Source of the DNA: an uncultured Candidatus Saccharibacteria bacterium
Lineage (GTDB): Bacteria; Patescibacteriota; Dojkabacteria; SC72; WJKH01
Direction of reading: 5' to 3'
Assembly: GCA_964602665.1 (NCBI GenBank)
Contig: CAZRRH010000001.1
Coordinates: 8,414-72,413, forward strand
DNA: 64,000 nucleotides
The notes under the pieces are model-generated. The model did not search any database, was not told the DNA's origin, and saw nothing but the letters and a program-made list of their open reading frames with translations. Numbering within the stretch: position 1 is the first letter of the stretch; the number at the start of each line of letters is the position of its first letter. This document shows, piece by piece, positions 38,024 to 48,086 of this stretch. A program made the position numbers and the translations under genes.

Positions 38024-39793
38024 TTAGTCACTTACCACTGTACCACCCCACTCAAACATAAAGAAGCCTTCTCTATTAACCTTCTCTATCTTAGGACTAT
38101 CAATTTGTATCGGATTATCAACGCCCTTAAACAACATTAAGTATCTTTTGTAGGAGTCAACCTTAGGTTCTATACTTATAGGAGCAAGATAATCAAGGAA
38201 TTTCTCATCCCTATAAGAAATCAAAACATAAGGAGAATCCATTTCCGCGACTTTAGCAACCCAGTACTCCTTAAATTGACCGCTTTCTTTTTGATTAAAG
38301 CCCATACCTGGCAATGTTCTTGATAAGAACTCCTCTATTTCACCCTTTTTTATACACCAACCTGTTGAAAAATCCTCAACATTAATCTCGCTCATCCCAT
38401 CCCAAAAAAGATAATCATATTTATTTCCATCATTATCAGTAAGTATGGAACCTGAAGAAGCTTTAACTTCCCATCTTCCATTATATTTTGGAATAGTTCT
38501 TCTTAACTCTCCTTTAAAATCAATCCTCACAACAACATCGGTTGCTTTTGGAGGATAGAGATAAATCACTGGCTTTGCAATTCCGCCTTCATATACAAAA
38601 TCTTGGTTTGTCATTCTAACCCATCTTCCCATAAAATCTTTCCAGTAAGCAACTGGAGCATATTTATAGCTTTGTTCATAAGTAAATGGTGTAACATCAT
38701 CTTCTGTCATCAAGTTGTATTTATAATGTGCAAAATTGTTGTTAAGATAATCTTCTGTATAAATCTTTTTGGCATACTCATCTTTATTCATATCTTTATA
38801 TCGATATAATTTCTCACCACTTGTATGTACAGCAAATAATTCAAGATCACTTTCGTTTAACTCGACAACATCAATCGAATTAAGGATGTATTGCCCCTTA
38901 ATATCCATACTAAACCAAGGTTGATATGAGTCCAAAGAGCTGTCAACCCAAACAAGCTTCTCTTTACCGTCAGAGCCGTGATTTATTGGATTAACAAGAT
39001 AATTTTGCGAATAAAAATCATCAAAAATGTTAATGTACAAAATCCTGTTATCAGAATCCTCTTCGTCTGAATATATTGCATATTTTGTGCCTTCAAATTC
39101 GTACTCTTTTTTTAATTCAACAGAATTTTCATCTAATAAGACAATAGATTCAAAGAATATCTTTTCATTATATGTAGAGTCTATTGGTATATTTGCAAGG
39201 CTTTTTGATAAATTAAGCTCTGAATCTATAACCACATTACTATTTGGTACAAAAAAACTAGAGCCTTCCCCCTCATCAACATTATAAAATCTTTTTCCTC
39301 CAAGAGTATATTTACCATCTTTTTCTAAAATCTCAATTTCAACAGGGGTCCTACTGTCATAAGAAGTTAGAAATATCCCGTAAAAATAATTTTGATATTC
39401 TTCAAGATCATTAGTCAAAACCCCAAGAATAATTCTACTGCCAGAGAAATCACCGTCTGTAATCTCTCCTACTTCATAATATTGATAATATTTATCAGGA
39501 TCAAGCCCTGCATAATTTGTCGTAAAAAGATTAATATCAGAAACGGTTTTTTTGCTCTGATTTATTGCAAGTTCTGATTTCGGTGCGCTATCAAGATATC
39601 CTCCTTTAAAAACAGCGGGTGTTGTTGGATTATCATCTATATCAACTGGATCTTCTATATTTGGCCGTGGATCAACATCCACTATTGTTGATCGCTTAAC
39701 TAAAACAGCTATCAAAACAGCTGTTACGACAGATCCTATAACACATAAGCTCAGCAAGCCAACAATCAAAATTGTAATATGTTTTTTTTCCAT
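38024..39793 (-). CDS. hypothetical secreted or membrane-anchored protein (589 aa)
   Basis: N-terminal TM anchor ITILIVGLLSLCVIGSVVTAVLIAVLV. No recognisable family. Translationally coupled context (5-nt and 17-nt gaps). Confidence 0.4.
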   Translation of the reverse strand: MEKKHITILIVGLLSLCVIGSVVTAVLIAVLVKRSTIVDVDPRPNIEDPVDIDDNPTTPAVFKGGYLDSAPKSELAINQSKKTVSDINLFTTNYAGLDPDKYYQYYEVGEITDGDFSGSRIILGVLTNDLEEYQNYFYGIFLTSYDSRTPVEIEILEKDGKYTLGGKRFYNVDEGEGSSFFVPNSNVVIDSELNLSKSLANIPIDSTYNEKIFFESIVLLDENSVELKKEYEFEGTKYAIYSDEEDSDNRILYINIFDDFYSQNYLVNPINHGSDGKEKLVWVDSSLDSYQPWFSMDIKGQYILNSIDVVELNESDLELFAVHTSGEKLYRYKDMNKDEYAKKIYTEDYLNNNFAHYKYNLMTEDDVTPFTYEQSYKYAPVAYWKDFMGRWVRMTNQDFVYEGGIAKPVIYLYPPKATDVVVRIDFKGELRRTIPKYNGRWEVKASSGSILTDNDGNKYDYLFWDGMSEINVEDFSTGWCIKKGEIEEFLSRTLPGMGFNQKESGQFKEYWVAKVAEMDSPYVLISYRDEKFLDYLAPISIEPKVDSYKRYLMLFKGVDNPIQIDSPKIEKVNREGFFMFEWGGTVVSD

Positions 39794-39810
39794 GATTAAT
39801 TAATTAAAAT

Positions 39811-42800
39811 TTAATTGTTTTTAGAAATAATCACTCTCTCATTTGCTTTAATTCCATTAATCTCGTCCGCACCAAGAATATAGTATGTACTGGTTCCTCC
39901 GTCAAAATCTCCCAAACTTTTTGCTCTGACAAGATAATTAAATCCATTGTAATTAGAAGAATAATACGGCGAGATTGTTGTAACGCCATAATTATAAGTA
40001 TATGTGCTATTAAAGCCCCAGTATTTATAATATTTACTGCGAACTTCGGATGGAATACTAAAAAATCCTCCGTCAAAGACATCAAGTCCTGATGGCACTT
40101 CATCTTTGACGACAACCTCATTTTTATTTTTGCTGTCCTCAATATTTATTTTTACGACATAATATTTACCTTCTTTAAGATCTTTTGCTAAAACCTGCTT
40201 ATTAGTATCTAAATCATAATACTCTCTAACTATATTTCCACCAGAATCACCTTGAGCTTCATCCTGTTTTACAATTTTTATTAGTACAAAAAGCTCTCCT
40301 AAATTATCAGATTTTAGTTTGATTTCATTTGAGCCGTTCTTAAGTTTACTCGGATCAATTGAATATATACAGCCCTTCTCTTTTACTTGAGCATCAGCCA
40401 ATTTCTCGTTATTAACAAATATCTCCATTGTTCCTGATTTAACAATAGAATTAATTCTTCCCTCTTCAGCCAAGGCAAGGACATACGATATCCTCTTATA
40501 ATCCTGCCTACTGTTAACAAACTGCATATTTCGATCCAAAAGCCACGATCTTACTTTATACTTTAACTGCCATTGATCGAGTGGTGCAAGTGCAAGATAT
40601 ACATTGCTTGTGACAATATCTGATACGGCAATATTCTTATAAAGTGAATCAACATCCTCCCAATATGCATATCTATCTCCTGACTTTACTGTCTGTAAAA
40701 GATATTTTACGAGTTCTTGAGCGTTCCCTGTGCTACCTATATTGTTATATGTAAGCATCAAAGAAGAAATAGCCACAGGAGAATTAACAAGTTCAGATGT
40801 TTCAAAACTCTCTCTCACAACCAGCATATATTGTATAACAACCGCTTTATCCAAATATGACAAACCGTATAAAGCAACAATTTTTTGTTCCAAAGTATAT
40901 TTCTCATCTCCAAGGATAAAAATGAAGTACGCTTTTAATCTTTCTATTCTACTATAATCAACAGATATGCCGTTTTTTTGCATACTATCTAGTGCCTGCG
41001 CCGCAAAAACAGATGATTCAATGTTCTCTGCATCATAGTCAAACCAACCAAACCCTCCAATTTCTGTCTGATTTTGGATTAACATTTCATAATAATCTTG
41101 TATTTTCTTATACAAATCGGCCTTCTGATAATCTGTAATTTCTAAGCTATCGTAATTTTTATACATATAGCTGTAGAAAAGGATAGAATTCGCAAGGTCA
41201 TTTGTTGATTTAAGCTGTGCAGAAGAAATAGATATAAAATCAGTTACAGGAAAAGATGGCGAAAGACAGACATCAACACTCGTAAACTCCTCTGAAATCT
41301 CGCCCAAATTGGCATCAATTGTAACTTCTCCTACATTGCTATCAAGTAAACCAGAAATACTTTCATTTTTCGTCTTACCTGAATTATAAATTGGAATCAT
41401 TACTGGTGTTTGTTCTGTTTTTTTATCGCCTATTTTAATGTACGGATAAATCTTGAGCTTATTATTAGAACCTGTTTCTAGAATTTCTATAGGTACATTT
41501 ATAACTTTTACTTCTTGCTTATCAACGATTATTTCCTCTTTCCAATCTTTTGTTACGCAACCAGTACATTCAAATCCTACTTCTGCTTCAAATTTATCAG
41601 AGTAATTCTTAACTATTAATGAAATTTCTGTCTTATCTGAACTTCTTACATACTCAGGAGTATTAACATCTACGAATTTATCAAGACGACTAACAATCTC
41701 GACTGAGTTTTGACCATATAAATCTTGAGGATTTGTTGCAGTAGCAGTAATTACCCATTTCGTAAGATTATTTGGCATCTTAAATCTTATTGTTCCATTT
41801 CCGCTTTGATCAGTATACACAGCTCCGAGATTAATAAAGTTACGGCTGTTTTTTGAAATCGATCCCGTTTTATTTATTTCATCTGTAAAACCAACATCAT
41901 CGCCATAATAATCTGGGCCAACATTATCAAAAATCGGTGTAGATCCAAAATATTTACTCCAATAACCACTATCAAAATCATAAAAAGGATTATTGATAGA
42001 ATTTGTAGTATAGCCAAAAGATAGATCTGCAACTCTTTTATCAACAACATATAAATTAATTAGTGCAGGAGTGCCCTGACCATCTTTTTTACTCTTTATA
42101 TTCAAAATCACCTCTTCATCTGGCTTGTACTCTGTTTTTTGAGTTTTCATATCAATATCTAAAACAGTACTTGGTCCATCAAATGACACATATGTACATT
42201 GCATAATAAACATTTTCTTGTTTGGATTCTTGCTGGCGACCTCTTTATCATAAAAATTTGAAGGCGATAAACCTACTGAGTAAGCACAAAGCCCAACAGA
42301 GCCTCTTGCATCATTAGGAATCTTTATTTTTCCTGTTGTACTTTTATCAAAAGTTACTGTGCTCCAATCACCTATTTTATCTGTCTGTACAAATATTGTA
42401 GCATTTTTATAAACATCGCTTTTTACAGTATATTCAATTTCCTGTCCTGGTTTTACTTCTGCATCATTATTTGCAGATATTGACAGTAACTCTTTATAGT
42501 CACCCCCACCGCTTCCAAATGATGTGACATAAACAGCTCCCAAATATTGCTTTACTAGGTCAGAATTCTTAGCATAAATAACGATATCATAGCTACCTCC
42601 GATAAGCTCATCAAATTGCCAAACTGCTTGACCTTTATCATCGGTTATAAACTCTTTTTCTGCAATGACTTTTTTATTAACTACATATGAGCCAGGATAT
42701 ATCATGGATTTCGTCTCATCATCATAATAAGGCTCTCCTGTAACATACTCTCTTACATTTTTTATAAGCTTTGCGCTAAACTCAACGCCGTTTAGAGGCT

Positions 42801-45192
42801 TGCCACTCCATATTTGATCAGCTAAAAATACGATTTCCACAGGTTTATTCTCTTGATAAAAAGATGCTATTCCATTTTCTGCAAACCTTATGTTAACAGT
42901 ATAATTTGAAACCAACAACAATTTTTGAGCGACGATACTGTCTTGAGCATTTCTTACTTGTAAAATAAGCGTCTTAAATGGACTACTGTTATCGTTTAAT
43001 TTTACTTGATAATCAGTGCTCCATTTTCCGTTTTTATCAAGAGTTATTTTCTCGTCATATATTGATACTGCTTCTCCATCGCCATAACCATAAAAAACTG
43101 AGTTAAGATCATATATAAAATCATCATAATTCCTCCCAGAGGTTTCAAGCCATGAATATTGGAAATCACCTTCATAAACAACCACTCGCATTTCTTGTGA
43201 TATAAGAGGCATTCCTGCGTAGTCTTCACCACTAAAATCTATCTTGACTTTTTCATTGGCAACAAGTTTCTGTTTATCGATTTGTAAATCATAAATATAA
43301 TCAGACTGTGTATTAGGCTCTACCATAATAAACTCCCTGCCAATAATCAGCCCTTGGTATTCAACAACAATTTCATATGACTTACTTTGAGTATTTGCCA
43401 GCAAATCAAAATTATCCTCTATATAACCAAACTGATTGTCCAAAACATAATCTTTTCTCTTTAAAACCGCTGTACCCTCTTTTATATAAACAGTCATTTG
43501 CTCACCTTCTAATTCCTCACTCTGAATATTACCCTCTAATTTTTTTACAAATATGCTGTAATTAACTGTGTCTCCAGGCGCATAAATCATCTTATCAGTA
43601 TCAACAAGAGCAGCGTTTGTTCTAACCGTTGTTTGTTCGTAAAAGCTGACATTCGCTCGATTACTTACAACTATCGTACCAACGGGGCTAGTTACTTTCA
43701 AAATATCACAGTTATCCATCTTAAAATAGCCTTTTTTATTTGTACTTGCTGTACAATCAGCTATCTTTTCATTATTGCTACCGTATGTAAACTTTGTTTT
43801 TCTACTGTTATAACCAACTATTTGAGCATCGCCTATTAGCTGTTCTTTGTCCATATTCCAAACCCAACCCTCAAGTTTTCCATCCAAGTAGCTTGAGAAA
43901 ACAGCCCCCTGTGAATATGAATAAACAATTAACTTCTGTCTAGAATTCTTGCTGTTTTTATACTGCAAAATGTATTGTCCATCTTGAACCGGTTTATACT
44001 CAAAATCAAAATTACCAAAGCCATAAGGGTAATCTTTTGTGTACACTATTTTGGCAGAATCAGGAATAGCTTTTAAAATTCCATCTGTATACAAAATATT
44101 TTCAATCAAATCGTCTGCCTCAATAGAATAAATATTTATAGTAAAAACTGTATCAGAAGGAAACCCAGAGTAATAAAACCTCTCAAATATCTTATCATTA
44201 ATACTCATATGAGTACTATCAAGATAATTTGTACCAATAAATTGTTTATCATCCAAAATTTTACCTGCCCTATCTTGATCAGTCGTGCGGAAAGTAAATT
44301 TACTGTCGTAATCAATTGTTTCACCATCTAAAGTCGCAATTCCTTTTTTTACAACAACTGAGTAATCTGTGTTTATCAAAAACGGAGTTTCTGGCATAAA
44401 CAAAACTTTTGTTCCATACTGTGTAAATTTACCGCTGATCTGAGGATAAACATCTATATAATCAGTAAGCTTATTGATATCAACATTTTTTTTGTTAAAC
44501 TCAAACTCTATCGTGCTATCATAAGGAACATTTGTTGTATTATTTCTTGGAGTAGTGGCAAGAAGAGCAAATTTAGGATTAACTGTGTATTTCCAAACAA
44601 GATCATTCTCCAAAACAGCATCATTACTAAACTTTGTCCCGGCAGGGATAATAATGCTGTACTCTTGTCCCTCGATTAAACTTGACTCGGGCTTAATCAA
44701 TATTTGCTGATTACCCGCTGAATCTTTTGTTGCCTCAAATACAATTTCTGTTTCAGGCTCAATACGAACTATTTTATTAATATTGCCTTTTATTTCGCCA
44801 TTAATTTCTAATGTAAAAGTACTATCCTGTGTTAGATATCCTGACTGAGTAAATTGCTGTGGCTCTATACTCATAGCAGGAGCAGCAGGTAAAATTTTAT
44901 AATCAGAAATACTCTTATCTTGCTGTCTAAACACACCAACCAGATACAAGATACCAAATAAAAAAATAAAACTCGTTAAGAGTGCAAGAGAGCCAAATAC
45001 AAATTTTTTACCGCCTTTACTCTCTGCAAAAGCACCTTTTTCTATTTTCTTTGCGATCACGAGATTAGAAGATTTTTCAGATTCGCTCACACCTAAACTA
45101 GACAGCTTCTGTGCTAATTTTGCGTCAAGGGTGGCAAAATCTTTGCTTTCTTCCACTTTCTTAATTTTTTTTATCAAACTTTTTATGTCCAT
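39811..45192 (-). CDS. giant (1793 aa) membrane-anchored alpha-2-macroglobulin-family-like protein without a CxEQ thioester motif
   Basis: Cytoplasmic N-terminus of about 65 aa, one TM (FVFGSLALLTSFIFLFGILYLVGVF), a long series of Ig/MG-like beta domains, a TED-like region with GGFGWFDYDAENIESSVFAAQAL (compare A2M/C3 GGF/GGGYGSTQ...ALAQY), and a C-terminal receptor-binding/MG8-like VVVKDEVPSGLDVFDGGF. No CxEQ found. The corresponding position reads CLSPS. Confidence 0.45.
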   Translation of the reverse strand: MDIKSLIKKIKKVEESKDFATLDAKLAQKLSSLGVSESEKSSNLVIAKKIEKGAFAESKGGKKFVFGSLALLTSFIFLFGILYLVGVFRQQDKSISDYKILPAAPAMSIEPQQFTQSGYLTQDSTFTLEINGEIKGNINKIVRIEPETEIVFEATKDSAGNQQILIKPESSLIEGQEYSIIIPAGTKFSNDAVLENDLVWKYTVNPKFALLATTPRNNTTNVPYDSTIEFEFNKKNVDINKLTDYIDVYPQISGKFTQYGTKVLFMPETPFLINTDYSVVVKKGIATLDGETIDYDSKFTFRTTDQDRAGKILDDKQFIGTNYLDSTHMSINDKIFERFYYSGFPSDTVFTINIYSIEADDLIENILYTDGILKAIPDSAKIVYTKDYPYGFGNFDFEYKPVQDGQYILQYKNSKNSRQKLIVYSYSQGAVFSSYLDGKLEGWVWNMDKEQLIGDAQIVGYNSRKTKFTYGSNNEKIADCTASTNKKGYFKMDNCDILKVTSPVGTIVVSNRANVSFYEQTTVRTNAALVDTDKMIYAPGDTVNYSIFVKKLEGNIQSEELEGEQMTVYIKEGTAVLKRKDYVLDNQFGYIEDNFDLLANTQSKSYEIVVEYQGLIIGREFIMVEPNTQSDYIYDLQIDKQKLVANEKVKIDFSGEDYAGMPLISQEMRVVVYEGDFQYSWLETSGRNYDDFIYDLNSVFYGYGDGEAVSIYDEKITLDKNGKWSTDYQVKLNDNSSPFKTLILQVRNAQDSIVAQKLLLVSNYTVNIRFAENGIASFYQENKPVEIVFLADQIWSGKPLNGVEFSAKLIKNVREYVTGEPYYDDETKSMIYPGSYVVNKKVIAEKEFITDDKGQAVWQFDELIGGSYDIVIYAKNSDLVKQYLGAVYVTSFGSGGGDYKELLSISANNDAEVKPGQEIEYTVKSDVYKNATIFVQTDKIGDWSTVTFDKSTTGKIKIPNDARGSVGLCAYSVGLSPSNFYDKEVASKNPNKKMFIMQCTYVSFDGPSTVLDIDMKTQKTEYKPDEEVILNIKSKKDGQGTPALINLYVVDKRVADLSFGYTTNSINNPFYDFDSGYWSKYFGSTPIFDNVGPDYYGDDVGFTDEINKTGSISKNSRNFINLGAVYTDQSGNGTIRFKMPNNLTKWVITATATNPQDLYGQNSVEIVSRLDKFVDVNTPEYVRSSDKTEISLIVKNYSDKFEAEVGFECTGCVTKDWKEEIIVDKQEVKVINVPIEILETGSNNKLKIYPYIKIGDKKTEQTPVMIPIYNSGKTKNESISGLLDSNVGEVTIDANLGEISEEFTSVDVCLSPSFPVTDFISISSAQLKSTNDLANSILFYSYMYKNYDSLEITDYQKADLYKKIQDYYEMLIQNQTEIGGFGWFDYDAENIESSVFAAQALDSMQKNGISVDYSRIERLKAYFIFILGDEKYTLEQKIVALYGLSYLDKAVVIQYMLVVRESFETSELVNSPVAISSLMLTYNNIGSTGNAQELVKYLLQTVKSGDRYAYWEDVDSLYKNIAVSDIVTSNVYLALAPLDQWQLKYKVRSWLLDRNMQFVNSRQDYKRISYVLALAEEGRINSIVKSGTMEIFVNNEKLADAQVKEKGCIYSIDPSKLKNGSNEIKLKSDNLGELFVLIKIVKQDEAQGDSGGNIVREYYDLDTNKQVLAKDLKEGKYYVVKINIEDSKNKNEVVVKDEVPSGLDVFDGGFFSIPSEVRSKYYKYWGFNSTYTYNYGVTTISPYYSSNYNGFNYLVRAKSLGDFDGGTSTYYILGADEINGIKANERVIISKNN

Positions 45193-45209
45193 AAGTTTAT
45201 GGATTTAAA

Positions 45210-45746
45210 TTACTTATTTGATTTAATTCTCTTAATCGCTCTATAATATCTCATTTTAACAGACCCCTCTTCTTCGTTTAAAATCTTTGCTATTTGTATA
45301 AATTTAAGATCATCAAATAATTTTAATGTTATGACCTCTCTGTCTTTTGGATCTAACTTTTCCAAGATTTCTTTCACTTTATCTCTTTCTTCCTGCGCAA
45401 TAATTTCATAAAGTGTGTTATCTTCCGCTACCGCCAATAAGTCAAAGATATCATCATCTTGCGCAGAGCTTATCTTTTGCACATTATTCTCTTTTTTGCG
45501 GTACGAATCAATTACCATGTTCCTTGCCACAAAATAAAGCCACGCCTGTACTCTCTTTTTATCTTTATTATATAAAATATCTTCATTCTCAAGCAATTTT
45601 ATAAATACATCGCTTGCAATATCCTCTGCAATTTCATTAGTTGAGACTTTTTTCCTTATGTACCAGTAGATTCTATCTCTATGTAAGTAATATGTCTTTG
45701 TAAAAATCTCGTCTCTTCTCATATATTTATACGATTTTCTACGCAA
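45210..45746 (-). CDS. ECF-type RNA polymerase sigma factor (sigma-70 family, regions 2 and 4)
   Basis: Region 2 ASDVFIKLLEN...AWLYFVARNMVIDSYRK and region 4 REVITLKLFDDLKFIQIAKILNEEEGSVKMRYYRAIKRIK. 178 aa. Confidence 0.75.
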   Translation of the reverse strand: MRRKSYKYMRRDEIFTKTYYLHRDRIYWYIRKKVSTNEIAEDIASDVFIKLLENEDILYNKDKKRVQAWLYFVARNMVIDSYRKKENNVQKISSAQDDDIFDLLAVAEDNTLYEIIAQEERDKVKEILEKLDPKDREVITLKLFDDLKFIQIAKILNEEEGSVKMRYYRAIKRIKSNK

Positions 45747-45753
45747 AAAGTAA

Positions 45754-46341
45754 CTAAAATAGCGACGCTTGTTTATGTTGCCCTTTTGTTAGATCAACAT
45801 TTGCATAACCTTTGCTCCAATCAATCTTTGTCTCCTTTAAGAACCCATCTAAATCATAATATTTTATATTACCATATTTGAGCCCATATTCATAAAGCTC
45901 CATCGTCAATAGCACATCCTGATCACAATATTTTTTAAGTTTATCTAAGTCCCCTTCCTCATAATACTTAACAGCATCAAGCCCACTGCCGATTTTCCCC
46001 TTACCAAGAGTTGCTTTGCATAAAATATCAAGTTTAATTCTAAAGCCTTCTGTTTTTTGGAAAGCAACCATCAAGTCGAGCATAGGAAGAGAATTGCAGT
46101 CCTGACCAAGATAATTTGCAATAATTGGCATATCAAAAGACAAAATATTATATCCCACAACCAAATCCGCATTAAAAAGAAGCTTCCTTAGTTTTTCATA
46201 ATCCTCTTTTTTATCCCAAATACTTATAACATTTTTTGTATCATAGTCAATACAACCACAATACGAAATTTCCATCTTCCTAAATGCTTCTGGAGAATTA
46301 TCTGTGACCGCAGATTTTGTTTCTATATCAAGAAAAATCAT
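45754..46341 (-). CDS. DEDD-family 3'-5' exonuclease (PolB-exonuclease-like)
   Basis: Exo I FLDIETKS, Exo II VGYNILSFDMPII, Exo III KYCDQDVLLTMELY. 195 aa. Confidence 0.55.
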   Translation of the reverse strand: MIFLDIETKSAVTDNSPEAFRKMEISYCGCIDYDTKNVISIWDKKEDYEKLRKLLFNADLVVGYNILSFDMPIIANYLGQDCNSLPMLDLMVAFQKTEGFRIKLDILCKATLGKGKIGSGLDAVKYYEEGDLDKLKKYCDQDVLLTMELYEYGLKYGNIKYYDLDGFLKETKIDWSKGYANVDLTKGQHKQASLF

Positions 46342-48035
46342 TTGTCAAGCTTTATCATATCATCAAATAAATCATCCTCAAATTTCTCTTTTGATAAAAT
46401 AATTACCGTTTTATCAACAAGAAATTTTCCCATAGCCAAAAGAATATCTCGACGGTTTTTAGGGTCAACAAAAACAAAAGGTTCATCCATTATGTAAATA
46501 TCTGCTTTTTTATACAACATCCTAGCAATAGCAATTCGTTGCCAATGAGCAGGTGATAAATCCATCCCTCCATTAAAAAACTTGCCCAACATTTGCTTGT
46601 CATTAATTTTTAGTTTAGCCATCAAAGAATCAATCTTCAAAATTTTCTTAACCTCTTCATATCGCTCATTGTTAATTTTATTTGGATTTAAAACAATATT
46701 TTCTTTAATCGTGAAATGATAACGATTAAAATCCTGATCTATTATAGACAATCTTTTTTTTAGCTCACCTCGGGCAAGCTCCCGGATAGAATGACCATTA
46801 ACAGTATAATCACCCGCTGTAATCTCATAAAAACCACAGAGAACACGCATAAGCGTTGTCTTACCACTACTATCCCCACCTACAAAAAGAACCTTACTTC
46901 CCGGCTCAATAGTAAAACTAAGATTCTCAAGTGATTTTGTATCTTTATTATGATATTTAAAATCAAGAGAATGAAATTGCAACCTTGGCACCCCTTTTTC
47001 TATAATTGTTTCTCCACTTGAGAGATCTCCAAATCCATCATAATTTATGAATTCATAATATTTATCAATATATATACTGTTTTTCTGCATCCAAAAAAGC
47101 TTATTAAAAATATTAAAAGCAGCACTGTATGCCGTTTTTATATAATTAAACAAAGCCTGGAAGTCACCAATGCTCATTTTGCGTATAATCGCAATCGCAA
47201 TAAGAAATATTGAGTAAAAACGAAAGACTGTTTGATCTAAAACGCCAAAAAATGTCTTATCTGTCCAATAATGCCAATCATATTTATCAAGCCCTCTGTC
47301 TTGTATGGAAAGCTTCTTGGCAAACATCTTCTTTAGATTACGAAAAGTTCTGCTAATCTTGAGCTCAGAAAAATTGTTATAATCTGTCAAAAGAGATAGA
47401 AGATAATTTATAAGTTTAACACGATAAACATTTTTTTCTATATATTTGGCAATTTGTTTCTGACGATAAAGTTCAGAGATACATTCTGGAAGAACAAAAA
47501 CAAATACAAGCAGAGAATAGAGTCCCATAACACTAAACACAAAACCGATAACAGAAAAAAATCTGATAATCTGTCTTACAAACTCCGTAAAATTCTCATA
47601 AGCGGCAAAAATGTTTGTAACAGAATAACCCTGAACATATGCCAGCAAATCTTGAAACTTCTGATCTTCAAACTCTTGGAGATTTTGTGTACTTATCTTT
47701 TGTAAAACATTACCTTGAATCTGACGATAATAAGCTCTATAAATCTTATCTCGTAAAAAAGATCGCATATTTTGAGTTAAAAGTAGAATAATCCACAAAA
47801 AAAGATCGAGCGCAAAATACCAAAACGCTCTAGAATAAAAAAAACTATCAAGAGAAAAACTATCCCATGTCCCCAGTATTGTAACTGTCTCATCCAGGAA
47901 ACTACCCGCAACGGCTATACCAAGCATTTCAACAATTATCCCGACAACAAAAAGGAGATCACTAATAATTGCGAGTCCTGGCGCCGTTTTATATATTAAA
48001 AGGATGGCCTCAGGAAGATTACTTTTCTGCTTCAT
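46338..48035 (-). CDS. ABC transporter, fused permease and ATP-binding protein (exporter type) with a degenerate signature motif
   Basis: N-terminal 5-6 TM helices. Walker A GGDSSGKTT, signature LSPAHWQRIAIARML (LSGGQ degenerate), Walker B IYIMDEPFVFVD. Confidence 0.7.
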   Translation of the reverse strand: MKQKSNLPEAILLIYKTAPGLAIISDLLFVVGIIVEMLGIAVAGSFLDETVTILGTWDSFSLDSFFYSRAFWYFALDLFLWIILLLTQNMRSFLRDKIYRAYYRQIQGNVLQKISTQNLQEFEDQKFQDLLAYVQGYSVTNIFAAYENFTEFVRQIIRFFSVIGFVFSVMGLYSLLVFVFVLPECISELYRQKQIAKYIEKNVYRVKLINYLLSLLTDYNNFSELKISRTFRNLKKMFAKKLSIQDRGLDKYDWHYWTDKTFFGVLDQTVFRFYSIFLIAIAIIRKMSIGDFQALFNYIKTAYSAAFNIFNKLFWMQKNSIYIDKYYEFINYDGFGDLSSGETIIEKGVPRLQFHSLDFKYHNKDTKSLENLSFTIEPGSKVLFVGGDSSGKTTLMRVLCGFYEITAGDYTVNGHSIRELARGELKKRLSIIDQDFNRYHFTIKENIVLNPNKINNERYEEVKKILKIDSLMAKLKINDKQMLGKFFNGGMDLSPAHWQRIAIARMLYKKADIYIMDEPFVFVDPKNRRDILLAMGKFLVDKTVIILSKEKFEDDLFDDMIKLDK

Positions 48036-48086
48036 ATGAGATTATTCTACCATCTTTTAGACAAGTTTGATATATAAGCACAAAAA

